Positions 19,320 to 26,523 of a stretch of 47,901 nucleotides of DNA are shown piece after piece. Source of the stretch: an uncultured Lachnospiraceae bacterium (GTDB lineage Bacteria > Bacillota > Clostridia > Oscillospirales > CAG-272). Location of the stretch: assembly GCA_964514555.1 (NCBI GenBank), contig CAZERM010000004.1, forward strand, positions 1 through 47,901, written 5' to 3'. Under the pieces are notes generated by a model. It saw only the letters and a list, made by a program, of their open reading frames with translations, was not told where the DNA came from and made no database searches. Every line of letters starts with the position of its first letter. Within the stretch, counting starts at the first letter, position 1. Position numbers and translations under genes: made by a program.

Positions 19320-19997
19320 ATGAGAGATCTTCTCGCAAATGGACTTATAACTATAGAATCCCCCAGGATGCTTTATATCCTTGGCGTGATAATTTGCATA
19401 ATAGTTCCGTATCTTTTGGGCAGCCTTAATTTTGCTGTTATGATATCAAAAAAAGGCTACCACGATGATATACGCACACACGGAAGCGGCAATGCGGGCG
19501 CAACAAATATGCTCCGCGTACACGGCAAAAAAGCTGCGGCGCTCACATTCCTCGGCGATGCGCTCAAAGCTATCGTTTCCGTTTTGATAGGTCTTGTGTT
19601 GATGCCGGGCGACGGCTTTGCTTACGTTGCGGCATTCTTCTGCATGATAGGTCATGCTTATCCCTTGTATTTCAAATTCAAGGGCGGCAAGGGCGTTGTG
19701 GTTGCCGCATCGTCCATGCTCATACTCAACCCGATAGTTTTCGTTTTGTGCCTTATCATATTTGCGGTCATCGTAGGCTTTACAAAATACGTTTCTCTCG
19801 GTTCCATCATCGGCGCAATACTTTTCCCGTTGATGAACTACAAGATGTATGTGTATTTTGCGCCCATGCCGCTCAAGACGATATTCGGTATTTTGATGGG
19901 AATTTTGATAATTTTCCTTCACAGAAAGAATATAGTGCGTCTTATGAACGGCACAGAGAATAAAATCGGAAAAAATAAACCCGAAAAGTTAAAATAA
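19320..19997 (+). CDS. plsY: Glycerol-3-phosphate acyltransferase PlsY
   Basis: Multi-TM protein with the GSGNAGATN motif and YLLGSLNFA. It follows der. Confidence 0.9.
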   Translation: MRDLLANGLITIESPRMLYILGVIICIIVPYLLGSLNFAVMISKKGYHDDIRTHGSGNAGATNMLRVHGKKAAALTFLGDALKAIVSVLIGLVLMPGDGFAYVAAFFCMIGHAYPLYFKFKGGKGVVVAASSMLILNPIVFVLCLIIFAVIVGFTKYVSLGSIIGAILFPLMNYKMYVYFAPMPLKTIFGILMGILIIFLHRKNIVRLMNGTENKIGKNKPEKLK

Positions 19998-20010
19998 TTT
20001 CAAAAACCTA

Positions 20011-20039
20011 TTGCATTTTCTGCAAAGAAGTGGTATTAT
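20011..20039 (+). promoter_or_regulatory. Sigma-A-type promoter for rpsT
   Basis: TTGCAT, 17-bp spacer, TATTAT. Confidence 0.45.
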
Positions 20040-20130
20040 ATTAAGGTAATTGTGATAAGGAACAAGTCGGAGCGACCCTCTCATTGCAAAGGCTGTTTCT
20101 ATCGTTAAAAAATAAGGAGGTATTGCAAAC

Positions 20131-20397
20131 ATGCCGAATATCAAATCCGCGAAAAAACGCGTTAAAGTTACTGAAACAAAAGCTGCTCAGAATAAGGCTT
20201 TCAAATCGGCTCTTAAAACTTCTATGAAGAAGTATGAAGCTGCTATTGCATCCGGCAACATGGAAGCTGCCGAAGCAACATACACAGCTGCAGTTAAGAA
20301 GATCGACCAGGCTGTTTCTCACGGTATTATCCATAAGAACAATGCCGCAAGAAAAAAGAGCAGATTCACAAAGATGCTCAACAACGCAAAAGCGTAA
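20131..20397 (+). CDS. rpsT: 30S ribosomal protein S20
   Basis: MPNIKSAKKRVKV N-terminus. 88 aa, basic. AAGGAGG RBS. Confidence 0.95.
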   Translation: MPNIKSAKKRVKVTETKAAQNKAFKSALKTSMKKYEAAIASGNMEAAEATYTAAVKKIDQAVSHGIIHKNNAARKKSRFTKMLNNAKA

Positions 20398-20420
20398 GTT
20401 CAAGCGTAAATATGAAACAA

Positions 20421-20500
20421 AAAGCATTCTTCTCACCGAATGCTTTTTTTGTTTTTTCCGGGGGCTGTTTGCTATTTTGGCAAACAGCTTTACTTTTTTA
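20421..20500 (+). terminator. Tandem intrinsic terminators after rpsT
   Basis: AAGCATTC..GAATGCTT followed by TTTTTTT, then GCTGTTTGC..GCAAACAGC followed by a T-rich tract. Confidence 0.6.
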
Positions 20501-20514
20501 TTGCGCGAAATCGG

Positions 20515-20543
20515 TTGACATATCCTATAAATGATGATAAAAT
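20515..20543 (+). promoter_or_regulatory. Sigma-A-type promoter for proS
   Basis: TTGACA, 17-bp spacer, TAAAAT. The leader is only about 40 nt, so there is no room for a T-box. Confidence 0.5.
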
Positions 20544-20588
20544 ATCTTTTATATATAAACTATTTTTATAATATCAGGAGAACAAAAA

Positions 20589-22310
20589 ATGAAGGTTAGC
20601 AAACTGCTCGGAGAGCGTTTTAAAGAAGCTCCGAAGGATTGTTCCATAGCAAGCCACGCGCTCATGATGCGCGGCGGTTATATGAAATACCTCTGCAACG
20701 GAAGCTATTCTCTTTTTATGCCCACAAAGCGCATAACAAAGAAAATTGAAAATATCATTCGCGAAGAAATGGACAGAATAGACGGTCAGGAAGTTCTTAT
20801 GCCTGTTGTTATGCCTGCTACGATTTGGGAAGAATCGGGCAGATACACAAGCATCGGCAGCGAAATGGCTCGTTTCAAAGACAGAAGCGGCAACAACATG
20901 GTGCTCGGTATGACACATGAAGAAGCTGCTGTTCATCTCGCTCGCGACACAGCAAAATCATATGCTGATTTCCCGTTTATGATCTATCAGTTCCAGACAA
21001 AATTCCGCGATGAGCCTCGTTGCCGCGGCGGTCTTATCCGCGTTCGCGAATTTACTATGAAGGACGCATATTCTTTCCATACATCCCAGGAGGACTTGGA
21101 AGCGTACTATGACCTTTGCTACAAGGCATACGAAAGAATTTTTGCTCGCGTGGGTTCCAAAAATGTTATCGCCGTTAAATCCGACTCCGGCATGATGGGC
21201 GGTAAGATCTCCCACGAGTTCATGCTCCTCACAGAGATCGGTGAAGATACTCTCGTTATCTGCCCCGAATGTGGCTACAAAGCAAACATGGAAGCGGCAG
21301 ACTGCATGGTAGAAAACGAAGCAGGCGAGATCGCGCCCATGACAAAGGTACACACACCCAACGCAAAAACTATCGAAGAAGTTGCAAAATATCTTTCCGT
21401 AAACGACAAGAACCTTTGCAAGGCTGTTGTTTACCAGAAGAATATGACAGACGAATATGTTGTAGTATTCGTTCGCGGCGACCTCGAAGTAAACGAAACA
21501 AAGCTCCGCAACTACCTCAAAGAAGAGATCCACCCCGGATTCATCACACTTGAAAGCGGTATCGTAGAAGGCTTCATCGGACCTGTTGGCTTGCCCAAGG
21601 GCACAACGGTTGTATTTGATGCTTCTCTCAAGGGCATCAACTCTCTCGTTTGCGGCGCAAACGAAGCAGATTACCACTGCACAGGATTTAATGTTGAACG
21701 CGACTACGGCAATGTTGAATATGTTGATGTTGCAAAAGCTTACGAAGGCGCTGTTTGCCCTGTATGCGGCAAGCATTCCATCAAGATAAGCCGCGGTATA
21801 GAAGTAGGTAACATCTTCCAGCTCGGTACAAAATACACAGAATCCATGGACATGACATACCTCGATGCAGACGGCATTGCAAAACACCCCATCATGGGTT
21901 GCTACGGCATCGGTATCGGCAGACTTGCAGCATCCATTTGCCAGGAAAGCCACGACGATTACGGTCCTATTTGGCCTATGTCCATCGCTCCTTGGCAGGT
22001 AGAAGTATGCAACCTTCGCCGCGATGACGAGAAAGTAAACGCAACGGCAGAAAGACTCTATGACGAACTTACAAGAGCAGGCGTAGAAGTTCTTTACGAT
22101 GACAGAGATATCCGCCCCGGCGCTATGTTTGCCGATGCAGACCTTTTCGGTATTCCCGTTCGCGTTGTGGTAAGCCCCAAGACTTGCGACAGAAATGTTG
22201 TTGAAGTATCCTTCCGCGACAAGAGCTTCAAAGCTGATTTTGCTATCGACACAGCTGTTGAAGAGATCGCAAAACTTGTTAAAGCAGAACTTGCAAAATA
22301 CAATATCTGA
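20589..22310 (+). CDS. proS: Proline--tRNA ligase (bacterial type with editing insertion)
   Basis: 573 aa. Class II motifs (FRDE, REFTMKDAYSF, GCYGIGIGR), a central INS domain and a C-terminal anticodon-binding domain. Confidence 0.97.
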   Translation: MKVSKLLGERFKEAPKDCSIASHALMMRGGYMKYLCNGSYSLFMPTKRITKKIENIIREEMDRIDGQEVLMPVVMPATIWEESGRYTSIGSEMARFKDRSGNNMVLGMTHEEAAVHLARDTAKSYADFPFMIYQFQTKFRDEPRCRGGLIRVREFTMKDAYSFHTSQEDLEAYYDLCYKAYERIFARVGSKNVIAVKSDSGMMGGKISHEFMLLTEIGEDTLVICPECGYKANMEAADCMVENEAGEIAPMTKVHTPNAKTIEEVAKYLSVNDKNLCKAVVYQKNMTDEYVVVFVRGDLEVNETKLRNYLKEEIHPGFITLESGIVEGFIGPVGLPKGTTVVFDASLKGINSLVCGANEADYHCTGFNVERDYGNVEYVDVAKAYEGAVCPVCGKHSIKISRGIEVGNIFQLGTKYTESMDMTYLDADGIAKHPIMGCYGIGIGRLAASICQESHDDYGPIWPMSIAPWQVEVCNLRRDDEKVNATAERLYDELTRAGVEVLYDDRDIRPGAMFADADLFGIPVRVVVSPKTCDRNVVEVSFRDKSFKADFAIDTAVEEIAKLVKAELAKYNI

Positions 22311-22316
22311 CCTTAT

Positions 22317-22350
22317 TTCCCCCATACCTTCGTATGGGGGAAGTGTTTTT
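22317..22350 (+). terminator. Intrinsic terminator after proS
   Basis: TTCCCCCATAC-CTTC-GTATGGGGGAA, followed by GTGTTTTT. Confidence 0.65.
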
Positions 22351-22373
22351 AAAAGACAAGGAGAAAAAATATA

Positions 22374-22889
22374 ATGAAGATAATGATTGCTTCCGATATA
22401 CACGGTTCCGCGTTCTATTGCGAAAAGCTTTTGAACGCATACAAAGAAGAAAAAGCGGAGCGTTTGCTCTTGCTCGGCGATGTGCTCTATCACGGACCGC
22501 GCAACGATCTGCCCGATGAATATGCGCCCAAGAGCGTTATATCAATGCTCAATGCGATGAAGAACGAGATAATATGCGTTCGCGGCAACTGCGACACGGA
22601 AGTGGACCAGATGGTGCTCGATTTTCCCATAACATCGGAAAGTGCGGTAATATTCGACGGCAATATCAAGATTTTCGCGACACATGGTCATAAATTCAAT
22701 AAGGATGCGCTCCCTCCGCTCTGTGAAGGCGATGTGCTCGTTTACGGTCATACTCATGTGCCGCTCGACGAGACGGTGAACGGTATAAGATGCCTCAACC
22801 CCGGCTCCGTGTCCATTCCCAAGGGCGGCAGCGGTCATGGATACATCATATACGAAAACGGCGAGTTTTCATATCGTCTTTTGGCATAA
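22374..22889 (+). CDS. YfcE/MJ0936-family metallophosphoesterase
   Basis: Motifs SDIHG, GDVLYHG, GNCD, THGH and GHTH. 171 aa. AAGGAG RBS. Confidence 0.8.
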   Translation: MKIMIASDIHGSAFYCEKLLNAYKEEKAERLLLLGDVLYHGPRNDLPDEYAPKSVISMLNAMKNEIICVRGNCDTEVDQMVLDFPITSESAVIFDGNIKIFATHGHKFNKDALPPLCEGDVLVYGHTHVPLDETVNGIRCLNPGSVSIPKGGSGHGYIIYENGEFSYRLLA

Positions 22890-22892
22890 AAA

Positions 22893-22918
22893 GGGCGACC
22901 TTTTGGTCGCTCTTTTTA
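22893..22918 (+). terminator. Intrinsic terminator after the phosphoesterase gene
   Basis: GGGCGACC-TTTT-GGTCGCTC, followed by TTTTTATTTT. Confidence 0.6.
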
Positions 22919-22986
22919 TTTTAATCAAAATTTTCACCTTAAATAAGCTTTTATTGCAGATAAAGAAAAGCGTAAACGGTGGTCTC

Positions 22987-23015
22987 TTGACATATCGGCG
23001 AAATTGTGTTATCAT
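22987..23015 (+). promoter_or_regulatory. Sigma-A-type promoter driving the riboswitch leader
   Basis: TTGACA, 17-bp spacer, TATCAT, with a TGT extended -10. Confidence 0.45.
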
Positions 23016-23029
23016 AAACGAAAATAAAT

Positions 23030-23276
23030 ATCTTGCAGCGTGGACAAGGAAATCTCGGTGAAAATCCGTCGCAACAGCCATTACCGTAACTGGCGCAAGC
23101 CTCAAGTCGGAATGCTTGACGCGCTGTCTTACATGATACATCGGACGCTTTTGGGCAAATTGGAGAGCGCTGCCGTTTTTATAAAAAGTTCGTTTTCCGC
23201 AGTTTTGCTGCGGAATATTGTCGCAGATTTTTTACGGCGCGTTTTCGGAGCATTTGCTTCGGGGACGCGCTTTTTT
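23030..23276 (+). promoter_or_regulatory. Cobalamin (B12) riboswitch with terminator expression platform
   Basis: The core ACAAGGAAATCTCGGTGAAAATCCGTCGCAACAGCCATTACCGTAAC resembles the conserved GGGAA..GGTGAAAATCC..GC.G.CC.GC.AC.GTAA core. A B12-box-like AAGTCGGAATGCTTGAC follows. The P1 candidate is GCAGCG/CGCTGT. Hairpins that could compete lie downstream, before a strong terminator. The downstream gene is a DUF4430 (transcobalamin-like) protein. Confidence 0.62.
23237..23276 (+). terminator. Leader (attenuator) terminator of the riboswitch
   Basis: GCGCGTTTTCGGAGC-ATTT-GCTTCGGGGACGCGC forms a 15-bp stem (including G-U pairs), followed by TTTTTT. It lies about 100 nt upstream of the ATG at 23379. 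Confidence 0.6.
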
Positions 23277-23378
23277 GGCGAATACTTTTTCTCGGCTTTT
23301 GCCGTTTGAGCAGGGAAAGGGCAGTTTTGTATGTACTAAGATCTTTGTTTTAATATTAAAAATCAAGGAGAAAATACA

Positions 23379-24068
23379 ATGAACAACAGAACAAAAAGAA
23401 TAGCTTCTCTTGTGCTCGTTTTTGCGATGCTCATCTGCACAGTATTTGCATTTGCATCTTGCGGCGAAGTGAAGGATTATGTTTACGTAACGATAGCCGA
23501 CGGTTCCGGCAACCTCGTTATGACACACGAAAAGGTGGAGCTTGACGATCTCACGATCAACGGCGCTCTTTCCGCGGCACACGATAAAAAATATAACGGC
23601 GGCGCATCCGCAGGTTATGCATCCGCAGACAGCGAATACGGCATGACGCTCACAAAACTTTGGGGCGTTGAAAACGGCGGTGCATACGGCTACTATGTAA
23701 ACAACACAGCGGCTATGTCTTTGGGCGATGCTGTTAAAGCAGGCGACAATGTTTACGCTTTCATCTACCGAGATGCAACAACTTACGCAGACCAATATGC
23801 TTACTTCGATTCTTTCACGGCAGAAGCTAAAAAAGGCGACAAAGTAACTCTTACACTTTCTTATTTCACATATGACGAAAACTGGAGCCTCGTTACAATG
23901 GCGGCAGCGGGCGCAACTATCACTATTAACGGTGAACAGTCCGATATCGTTACAGGTGCAGACGGCAAAGCTGAGCTCACTTTCGACAAGAAGGGCGAAT
24001 ATGTTATCAGCGCTGTTTCTTCCGACGCTATCCTCACACCCGCAGTTTGCGTTGTTACTGTAAAATAA
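23379..24068 (+). CDS. DUF4430 (transcobalamin C-terminal-like) lipoprotein with C-terminal Ig-like domain
   Basis: AAGGAG RBS. Signal peptide with lipobox FASC. DUF4430-like pattern (VYVTIADGSG ... YGYYVNNTAAMSLGDAVKAGDNVYAFIY). Confidence 0.8.
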   Translation: MNNRTKRIASLVLVFAMLICTVFAFASCGEVKDYVYVTIADGSGNLVMTHEKVELDDLTINGALSAAHDKKYNGGASAGYASADSEYGMTLTKLWGVENGGAYGYYVNNTAAMSLGDAVKAGDNVYAFIYRDATTYADQYAYFDSFTAEAKKGDKVTLTLSYFTYDENWSLVTMAAAGATITINGEQSDIVTGADGKAELTFDKKGEYVISAVSSDAILTPAVCVVTVK

Positions 24069-24075
24069 TTAAACG

Positions 24076-25179
24076 ATGAAAAAAATATTTTCTTTTTTCT
24101 TGTGTGTATTCATGGCGGCGATGTTTACGCTGCCGTGTGCCGCTCTTGAAGCGAGCGATCATATAAACGGCATAATCGCTTGCAAATCGAGTGAACTCGG
24201 CGCAAAAAACGCCGAAGAATGGGCAAAAAAGCTTGCCGACAGCGCAGGAACGGGCGTTGAATGGTATATAATGAGCCTTCATCAGCTTGACAGCAAAAAG
24301 TATGACTTTTCCGAATATGCCACCTCTCTTGCAAAATATTTGAGCGAGAAGAACATCAGCGGTACGGAAGGCATACGTTGTGCGCTTGGCTTTATTGCGG
24401 CAAATTGCGAGAGCATATATATAAACTATGCGGCGGATCGTTTTATCGGTTCGCAAGGCATAATGAGCTATATATGGGGTTTGCACCTTTTGAATAACGG
24501 CGCAAAAAGCTCTGTTTACACGTGCGAGAGTCTTGCCGAGGAGATAACGAAGATGCGTCTTGCGGACGGCGGATTTGCTCTCTCGGGCGAAAACGGAAAC
24601 GCGGACGTTACGGCGATGGCGGTATGTGCGCTTGCTCCGTATTACGAAACTATGGAGAGCGTAAAAGAAACGATAGACGGCGCGATAAGTTTTCTTTCTT
24701 CATCTCAGGGAGAAAGCGGCGGATTTTTCAACTACGGTGTGGAAAACTGCGAAAGCGCGGCGCAAGTCGTTACAACTCTTTGTGCTTTGGGCATAGATCC
24801 GCAGACGGACGAAAGATTTATCAAAAACGGTGTAAGTGTTTTTGATGCGATGTGCGCTTACGCGCTCGAAAGCGGAGAATTTGAGCATACGAAAGGCGCA
24901 GGTGCCAGCAATATGGCTACGCAACAGGCGCTTTACGCGCTCATATCCGTCGAGCGTTTGCACGACGGCAAAGGTTCGTTTTTTATCTTTGACGAGCAAG
25001 TGGACGCTACCCCGAAAGGCTTCAAAGATGTAGTGTTTGAAAAAAATGTTGCATCGAATGAAGTCGATGAGGAAAAGGCGGACATAAAGACTATCGTTTG
25101 CGTAACGATAATTATTGCTTGTGCCATTGGCATAGCGATAACGGTATTTTTCCCTAAAAAGAAAAAGGAAGATATATGA
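24076..25179 (+). CDS. Secreted, C-terminally anchored prenyltransferase/terpene-cyclase-like alpha/alpha-toroid repeat protein
   Basis: N-terminal signal peptide. Repeats LADGGFALSGENGNADVTAMAV and SQGESGGFFNYGVENCESAAQVV resemble the prenyltransferase/squalene-oxidase repeat. C-terminal TM helix plus KKKKE stop-transfer. The RBS is weak; the gene starts 7 nt after the previous stop codon. Confidence 0.7.
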   Translation: MKKIFSFFLCVFMAAMFTLPCAALEASDHINGIIACKSSELGAKNAEEWAKKLADSAGTGVEWYIMSLHQLDSKKYDFSEYATSLAKYLSEKNISGTEGIRCALGFIAANCESIYINYAADRFIGSQGIMSYIWGLHLLNNGAKSSVYTCESLAEEITKMRLADGGFALSGENGNADVTAMAVCALAPYYETMESVKETIDGAISFLSSSQGESGGFFNYGVENCESAAQVVTTLCALGIDPQTDERFIKNGVSVFDAMCAYALESGEFEHTKGAGASNMATQQALYALISVERLHDGKGSFFIFDEQVDATPKGFKDVVFEKNVASNEVDEEKADIKTIVCVTIIIACAIGIAITVFFPKKKKEDI

Positions 25180-25183
25180 AAAT

Positions 25184-25217
25184 ATCCTCTGCAAGGTGAT
25201 TGCAGAGGATATTTTTT
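25184..25217 (+). terminator. Intrinsic terminator after the B12-regulated pair
   Basis: ATCCTCTGCA-AGGTGAT-TGCAGAGGAT forms a 10-bp stem, followed by ATTTTTT. Confidence 0.7.
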
Positions 25218-25229
25218 AATTTAACTAAA

Positions 25230-25626
25230 CTTTTGTTGGTATGCCAAAAAGCTCGCAAAAGGTTTAGCTCGTAGTTTAGAGCCTTTGGCATATGGCTCAA
25301 ATTTTATCAATGACAAAATTGTTGCGATGGGATACGTGTGGTAATACAAATGAATGTGTGTTTGAACCGAAGTTGTGGTGTTAATAGGCTTCATTTCAAA
25401 AAACGACAGCCATAAGTTAAAAGTTTGAGTCAGATATTGAGTGGCATCGGCGAGATTCCACGCACCTTGCGTGCGTGGGTAGCCGACATGATAAGGATCA
25501 AAGCCTTGATGAGGCTATCTCAAAGCGAGTAAAGCGAATGGCTTTTTTATCTTTTTGCAACTTTTTCTTTAAACAAGAAAAAGTTGAGTAAGGCTTTTGC
25601 AAGCTTTTCTTGCAGACCAAGAAAAG
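25230..25626 (+). repeat. Copy A (longest) of the dispersed intergenic repeat family with terminal inverted repeats (MITE-like)
   Basis: Left end CTTTTGTTGGTATGCCAAAAAGCTCGCAAAAGG compared with the reverse complement of the right end CTTTTCTTGGTCTGCAAGAAAAGCTTGCAAAAGCC matches at about 27/33 positions. Internal blocks are shared with 76-342, 37651-37786 (reverse complement) and 40137-40392. No conserved ORF. Confidence 0.65.
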
Positions 25627-25637
25627 CGAAAACATCT

Positions 25638-26315
25638 TTAGTAAAGATCGTTCAAAAGGTTCGTATATCTGCCGTTGGCGACCAATATATGCCCCAAAAA
25701 TTCTACGCCCATAAGAGAAAATGCGCGCTTTGCTTCATTTGTCGTGAACATATCATCGGGCGAGGGTATGAGCAGTCCCTGCGGATGATTGTGCGCCAAT
25801 ACGACCATGGAAGCCCTGTTTTCGAGCGTTATCTCGATAAGTCGGCGCATGGTAACGGCGGAGGAGTTCACGGAGCCTTCGTGGACTTTTACGCAGTCTA
25901 TCTTTTTAAATTTATTATCCAGCAAAAGCAAAAACACCGTTTCTTTTGTCAAGCCGATAAATTTCGAAACGAAAAATTCGCCTATCTGCGGAAGCGTGGA
26001 AAGGATATCTCCTTCAGAATTGTTGGATTCCTCTATATATCTCTGAGCCAGCGCGGGAATGAGCTTTATAAGCGTTGCGGAATGTTCTTTTATGCCGTTT
26101 ACGTCCATAAGCTCTTCGAATGTAGCATCGAAAACGGCGGAAAGCGAACCGAAACGATCTATCAGCGCGTGGGCGATCTCGTTCGTGTCTTTTTGCGGTA
26201 TGGAATAGAAAAGCAAAAGCTCCAAAACATTATGCGGTTCGAAATTTGATAAGCCTTCCGCTAAAAATCTGTTTTTTGTGCGTTGTCTGTGTTGTTCGTG
26301 CATGATACGCTCCAT
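25638..26315 (-). CDS. radC: RadC-family JAB/MPN domain protein
   Basis: 225 aa. N-terminal HhH-like region and C-terminal JAMM motif (VLAHNHPQG ... PSPDD). Confidence 0.9.
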   Translation of the reverse strand: MERIMHEQHRQRTKNRFLAEGLSNFEPHNVLELLLFYSIPQKDTNEIAHALIDRFGSLSAVFDATFEELMDVNGIKEHSATLIKLIPALAQRYIEESNNSEGDILSTLPQIGEFFVSKFIGLTKETVFLLLLDNKFKKIDCVKVHEGSVNSSAVTMRRLIEITLENRASMVVLAHNHPQGLLIPSPDDMFTTNEAKRAFSLMGVEFLGHILVANGRYTNLLNDLY

Positions 26316-26343
26316 AAAATTTTATGTTTAAATACATAATAAC

Positions 26344-26372
26344 AGTATATCATATTATTTGCGTATATGCAA
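26344..26372 (-). promoter_or_regulatory. Sigma-A-type promoter for radC
   Basis: On the minus strand: TTGCAT, 17-bp spacer, TATACT. Confidence 0.4.
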
Positions 26373-26458
26373 CGGAGAAGCGGCGAATTTGCTCGTTCCG
26401 CGGCGAAAAACAGCGACGATATCCTCCCTTCGTCGGCGCGAAAAAACGCCGATATATC

Positions 26459-26487
26459 TTGAAAAAAAAGATGTATTGTGTTATCAT
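26459..26487 (+). promoter_or_regulatory. Sigma-A-type promoter for the DUF3810 gene
   Basis: TTGAAA, 17-bp spacer, TATCAT, with a TGT extended -10. Confidence 0.45.
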
Positions 26488-26523
26488 AAAAATGTATAAC
26501 TTTGCTTATTCGGAGTGCGAAAA

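Noticed and set aside
23040-23309. An 89-aa plus-strand ORF, plus the minus-strand ORFs 22869-23141 and 23232-23795, in the region upstream of the DUF4430 gene.
   Set aside because: They overlap the riboswitch and terminator structures or run antisense to the lipoprotein gene. They have no RBS. The region is better explained as a regulatory RNA leader.
25292-25384. A 30-aa Cys-rich ORF (MAQILSMTKLLRWDTCGNTNECVFEPKLWC) inside repeat copy A, considered as a possible RiPP precursor or small toxin.
   Set aside because: It has no Shine-Dalgarno sequence. The frame is not preserved in the homologous positions of copies B, C or 1 (copy B reads MAVCDCLEFYL then stops). No modifying enzyme or transporter lies nearby.
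25230-25626. The inverted-repeat-flanked segments were considered as invertible promoter switches (invertons) served by a trans-acting recombinase.
   Set aside because: Two of the four copies lie between the 3' ends of convergent genes, where a promoter would drive nothing. I find no convincing outward-facing -35/-10 pair inside them. No recombinase gene is in the window. A decayed non-autonomous mobile element fits better.
25584-26249. A 221-aa plus-strand ORF starting inside repeat copy A and running antisense to radC.
   Set aside because: radC on the minus strand has a clear JAMM motif, promoter and RBS. The plus-strand ORF has none and begins in the repeat terminus.
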